From: Candidatus Poribacteria bacterium
GTDB lineage: Bacteria > Poribacteria > WGA-4E > WGA-3G
NCBI GenBank assembly: GCA_965197475.1
Contig: CBDANF010000003.1
Span: forward strand, 672,001 to 736,000
DNA length: 64,000 nucleotides
Direction of reading: 5' to 3'
The stretch's first letter is position 1, and every line of letters begins with the position of its first letter. Below the pieces are notes generated by a model that saw only the letters and a list, made by a program, of their open reading frames with translations, ran no database searches and was not told the origin of the DNA. This document shows, one piece after another, positions 60,503-64,000 of this stretch. A program made the translations under genes and the position numbers.

Positions 60503-60549
60503 TAAGATTTGTAATTGTAACGGCACACAGCGTGTGCCTATTGCCGTAA

Positions 60550-61593
60550 CTATGGCATTAATCCTGGTGCTTTCAGACCGTCTGTTTCGTCGTAGCCGAA
60601 CATCAAATTAAGATTTTGCAAAGCAGCTCCAGCCGCACCTTTCCCGAGATTATCAAGTGCTGCCATCGCAACAACACGTTGTGTCCGTTCGTCAACCTCA
60701 ACCCCGACATCACAATAGTTGCTTCCGAGTACTTCTTTAGTTTGCGGATATTCGTCCTTGTCAAGAACACGGATGAACGGTTCGTTTTCGTAAAAAGTGG
60801 CATATATCCCAAGCAAGGTTTCGGTGTCAAGTGGTTGTTTCAGACGTGCGTAGACAGTGCTGAGGATGCCTCGTGTCATCGGAACTAAATGCGGGGTGAA
60901 AGTTACACAAACTGTTTCTCCCGCAACCGCGCTTAACTCCTGTTCAATCTCTGGTGTGTGGCGGTGTATTCCGATGTTGTAAGCAACAACGTTAGATTCA
61001 CGATTCGGATAGTGAGTAGTGTCCTTGGGTTTCGGTCCTGCTCCCGAAATACCTGATTTTGAATCGACAACTATTGATTCTAATTCGATGAGTCTATTGT
61101 TAAGCAGCGGCATCGTGGCAAGGATAGCACTAGTCGGGTAACATCCGGGATTCGCTACGAGTTTAGCTTCTCGGATTTTCTCACGGTAACGTTCTGGCAA
61201 CCCGTACACCGCATTCTGAATAAGTTCGGGACTGGTGTGATCAACGTGGTACCAGTCGCTGTAGGTCTGTGCATCACGGAGACGGTAATCTGCGCTGAAA
61301 TCAACGACACGCAACCCTTGTGCAATAATTTGCGGGGCGTAAGTCATCGCTACTTTGTGCGGTACAGCTAACACAACAACGTCTACCCGGTCTTTAAGTG
61401 AATCAATGTCTAACGGCTCAAATACAAGGTCAATGAAATTGCGAAGATGCGGTAAGACTCGGTCAACGCGCTGCCCTGCGTAGGTTTCGGATGTGGCGAG
61501 TTCCACGCGTAGTCCGCCGGAATGGTGGACCAAAAATCTTACTAATTCGCTGCCGCTATAACCGGATGCACCAACAATTCCGATCTTTGTCAT
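60550..61593 (-). CDS. argC: N-acetyl-gamma-glutamyl-phosphate reductase
   Basis: GASGYSG, ANPGCYPT, SGISGAG, HRHTPEI, DNLGKGAAG. Confidence 0.95.
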   Translation of the reverse strand: MTKIGIVGASGYSGSELVRFLVHHSGGLRVELATSETYAGQRVDRVLPHLRNFIDLVFEPLDIDSLKDRVDVVVLAVPHKVAMTYAPQIIAQGLRVVDFSADYRLRDAQTYSDWYHVDHTSPELIQNAVYGLPERYREKIREAKLVANPGCYPTSAILATMPLLNNRLIELESIVVDSKSGISGAGPKPKDTTHYPNRESNVVAYNIGIHRHTPEIEQELSAVAGETVCVTFTPHLVPMTRGILSTVYARLKQPLDTETLLGIYATFYENEPFIRVLDKDEYPQTKEVLGSNYCDVGVEVDERTQRVVAMAALDNLGKGAAGAALQNLNLMFGYDETDGLKAPGLMP

Positions 61594-61622
61594 CTTTCTT
61601 ACCTTTGGACATTTTTACCCCT

Positions 61623-61899
61623 ACTAAACTTTGGACAATTTTAGAGTGCTTGTGTGGTAACAGGGGTAATAGAAACACCTTGTACATCAAAATAAGATTT
61701 GTTTATACACATTTCGCCCGCTGGGACTTACTCCGTTAAGGTTATCGTTTTCTATAAACATTCCGTCCTGCTGGGGCTGCTCTTTGCTGCACACGAAATA
61801 CTTTTTTCTGCGAGTTACGAACCTGAACAAAACTTGCAGAAAATAGAAACATATTTGAAAACTCAACATCAAATAGACAAAAATTGTCCTAACTTTAGT
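61623..61899. mobile_element. MITE with 20-bp imperfect TIR ACTAAA(C/G)TT(T/A)GGACAATTTT
   Basis: TIRs 61623-61642/61880-61899; an unpaired copy of the same end lies at 13772-13791. Confidence 0.65.
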
Positions 61900-62044
61900 T
61901 TTCCTTAAATAATAGCATGAAATGTCTTGGTTGTCAAGATTATACATGAAGTCGTATTGAGTAAAACATAAGGATGTGGTAAAATAGGGAAAAAAGGGTA
62001 TAATTTATGTCCCTTTCTTTCCACTTCAGATACCGCTTTACTTT

Positions 62045-62928
62045 ATGAAAGGTGTTATTATGGCAAACGAGGCTCAAAAATCACCAAAATACAACTGTAT
62101 TCCCAAACAGGTTTCCCGTAAAGATTTCAATCGTTATATCTTACCACATTTAGCGAAACGAGTCAAAGGCCCGAAACCGAAACTCTCCTTGGACAAGATA
62201 TTCAACTATATCCTCTATGTTTTACATACGGGTATTCAATGGGATCAACTCCGAACCCGGCATCCTGAACTCCATTGGTCTAATATCTATAAATGGCATA
62301 ATCGGTGGTCAAAAGATGGCTCGTATCAGAAACTTTTTGAGGCATCAGTGATACACGTGCTTGACACCGACCAACTTGACACCTCTCAACTTCATGGAGA
62401 TGGGTCAAATACCGTCGTGAAAAAAGGGGTGACAGCATCGGTTATTCAGGCCACAAACATCAAAAAGGTGAAAAAGAGTTGACCATCACTGACAATCAGG
62501 GGTTCATCATCGGTCCGATAACCATCAAACCTGTCAACCAACATGGGACAAAGATTTTGCCCGAAGCATTCACCGATCTTATCGCCTTTGCTAATCGTAT
62601 TGGAATGGATCTTAGTGCTTCCGTTCTAACACTGGATTCCGGTTTTGATTCCAAAGAGAATCATAAGATTATCAAACAACACGGGCTGCTCCCGGTGATC
62701 TATCCGAACCGGCGGAATGCCAAAGAACCTATTGTAATTGCCCGTCCGTTCCGGTGGTTTAACAAGAAAATGGACAAAGACCGATATAAAGTGGAACGAA
62801 CTTTTGGTTGGCAAGGGACTTATCGGAAGCTCGCCCTTAGTTATGATAAACTGAAAGAAACCCGTTTAGGTTTTCGTAATTTAGCATATTCAATGATAAA
62901 CTTTCGGAGAACTTTCAATGATTCTTAG
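62045..62928 (+). mobile_element. IS5 family transposase split into two ORFs with a -1 frameshift signal
   Basis: YVLHTGIQW, GDGS, A6G4 slip site at 62420-62429 giving KKxGDSIGYSGHKHQKG, then LDSGFD and RYKVERTFGW; element ends only approximate (~61970-62927). Confidence 0.85.
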
Positions 62929-62938
62929 CTCTTACTCG

Positions 62939-63754
62939 CTATGAGTTTTTTATGTCTTGAAAAAGTCCCGAACTTGTCCCAAATTTGACTAATTGTTGCT
63001 TCAGCACCTCCCATTCCTTTTTTTGAGTAGCTTCTATCCGCGTTAGTAGCATTGGAACATCGCTACCTTCTGGATCGTTAAATTCCCGTGCCGGATCGTA
63101 AGTTCGATTAGGTCGTGACCTAATCGGCGATGTACTAAATACAGATAAACTACCAAAGGTAGCCCACGGTCGGTATTGGCTTATTCCAATATAGTGACTC
63201 TTTTTTCTCAAATATTCGTCTAAAGCAATTTCTCTATCAGATTCCCCTCTAAAAATGGGTGAAAGTAAGTTAATAGGAGGTGGGGCTAAGGTGTCAGTAC
63301 CACAAATTATTTGATATTGATTTCGTTTTTCATCATAAGAGGCTAAACGCACAATCTTTTCGATTTGTTCCTCGGTTTCAAGAATGATTTCACCATCAAC
63401 GAATTTTACTCTTATTGAACTGACAGTCGGTTCAATTCTTCCTTTTTTCTCAACAAATTCAACTGTCACTTCGGCATCTTCATTGTTGTATGTGCCAGCA
63501 AACCCAAGTTTAAAGTTTTTCTCTCTTTTTTTACTGTTTCTGACAATATCCTTAAAGGTGCCTAATGAATAAAGATCCGAATTAAAATCTAATTCCCTAT
63601 ATCGTAAATAATCCACTAATACTTGGAAACAAGCGAGCGCAGTCGTCTTGCCGGTACTATTTTCACCAACTAAAAACGTTAGCGGGCGAATTTCAAGTGT
63701 CTGACGTTCTCCGAAACAGCGAACCTCTTCCATTGTAAACTGGGTAATGCTCAT
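62939..63754 (-). pseudogene. AAA family (AAA_15/AAA_21-like) ATPase, C-terminally truncated next to IS5
   Basis: LVGENSTGKT Walker A, GAGGAGG RBS; ends before any ABC signature/Walker B, ~10 bp from the IS right end. Confidence 0.65.
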
Positions 63755-64000
63755 CTTGTCACCTCCTCAATCATCATTTGAGACCATGATTTTAAGTATA
63801 ACATATCCTATAAAGGAACTTAAGTTAATTTTCAATTCAAAATTACCTGTACTTTAAAGCTAAAGCGTTTCTATAAACATTCTACCCCGCTGAAACTAAT
63901 TCCAATACAAAAATTAACGCACAATCAAAATGATTACCATTTAATATGGATCTTAAGTTATAATAATTGATTATAGGGGAGAACTACAGAATAAATAAAA

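Noticed and set aside
1114-63572. Numerous 60-190 aa ORFs antisense or out of frame within identified genes
   Set aside because: Shadow ORFs of well-supported genes with no independent motifs

Overview
A 64 kb bacterial chromosomal segment, most likely Candidatus Poribacteria. This is inferred from a secreted YWTD-repeat/cohesin/dockerin/FlgD-Ig protein, an 'AVEPxGKLTTTWG' C-terminal motif, a PhyH dioxygenase, a DUF6785-type membrane protein and dense GTAG-type REPs. It carries housekeeping genes (hflX, smpB+tmRNA, tRNA-Leu, nadC, lpxK, lpxB, argC, moeB), sugar/redox enzymes, a MacAB-like exporter, an algI/algJ-type O-acylation cluster, a flotillin operon, three DNA methyltransferases with a candidate restriction endonuclease, an IS5 element and several MITE/REPIN families. 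The top find is a ~2.0 kb element (13922-15920) whose only cargo is a tandem DUF1670 ORF with no recognisable DDE transposase. It has perfect terminal inverted repeats, a TA duplication, a predicted circle-junction promoter, and a consensus sigma70 promoter in its right end that precedes a ~120-nt hairpin-rich non-coding tract, so it is a candidate new class of mobile element. Also notable: a tandem dnaN paralogue whose non-conservative changes concentrate in the clamp's partner-binding pocket; an ART-like + DUF6575-like gene pair (candidate defence/TA system); a possible MITE-bounded composite element carrying a eukaryotic-like protein gene; and a nested MITE/REPIN array. Several single-base lesions suggest either homopolymer-type assembly errors or early pseudogenisation.
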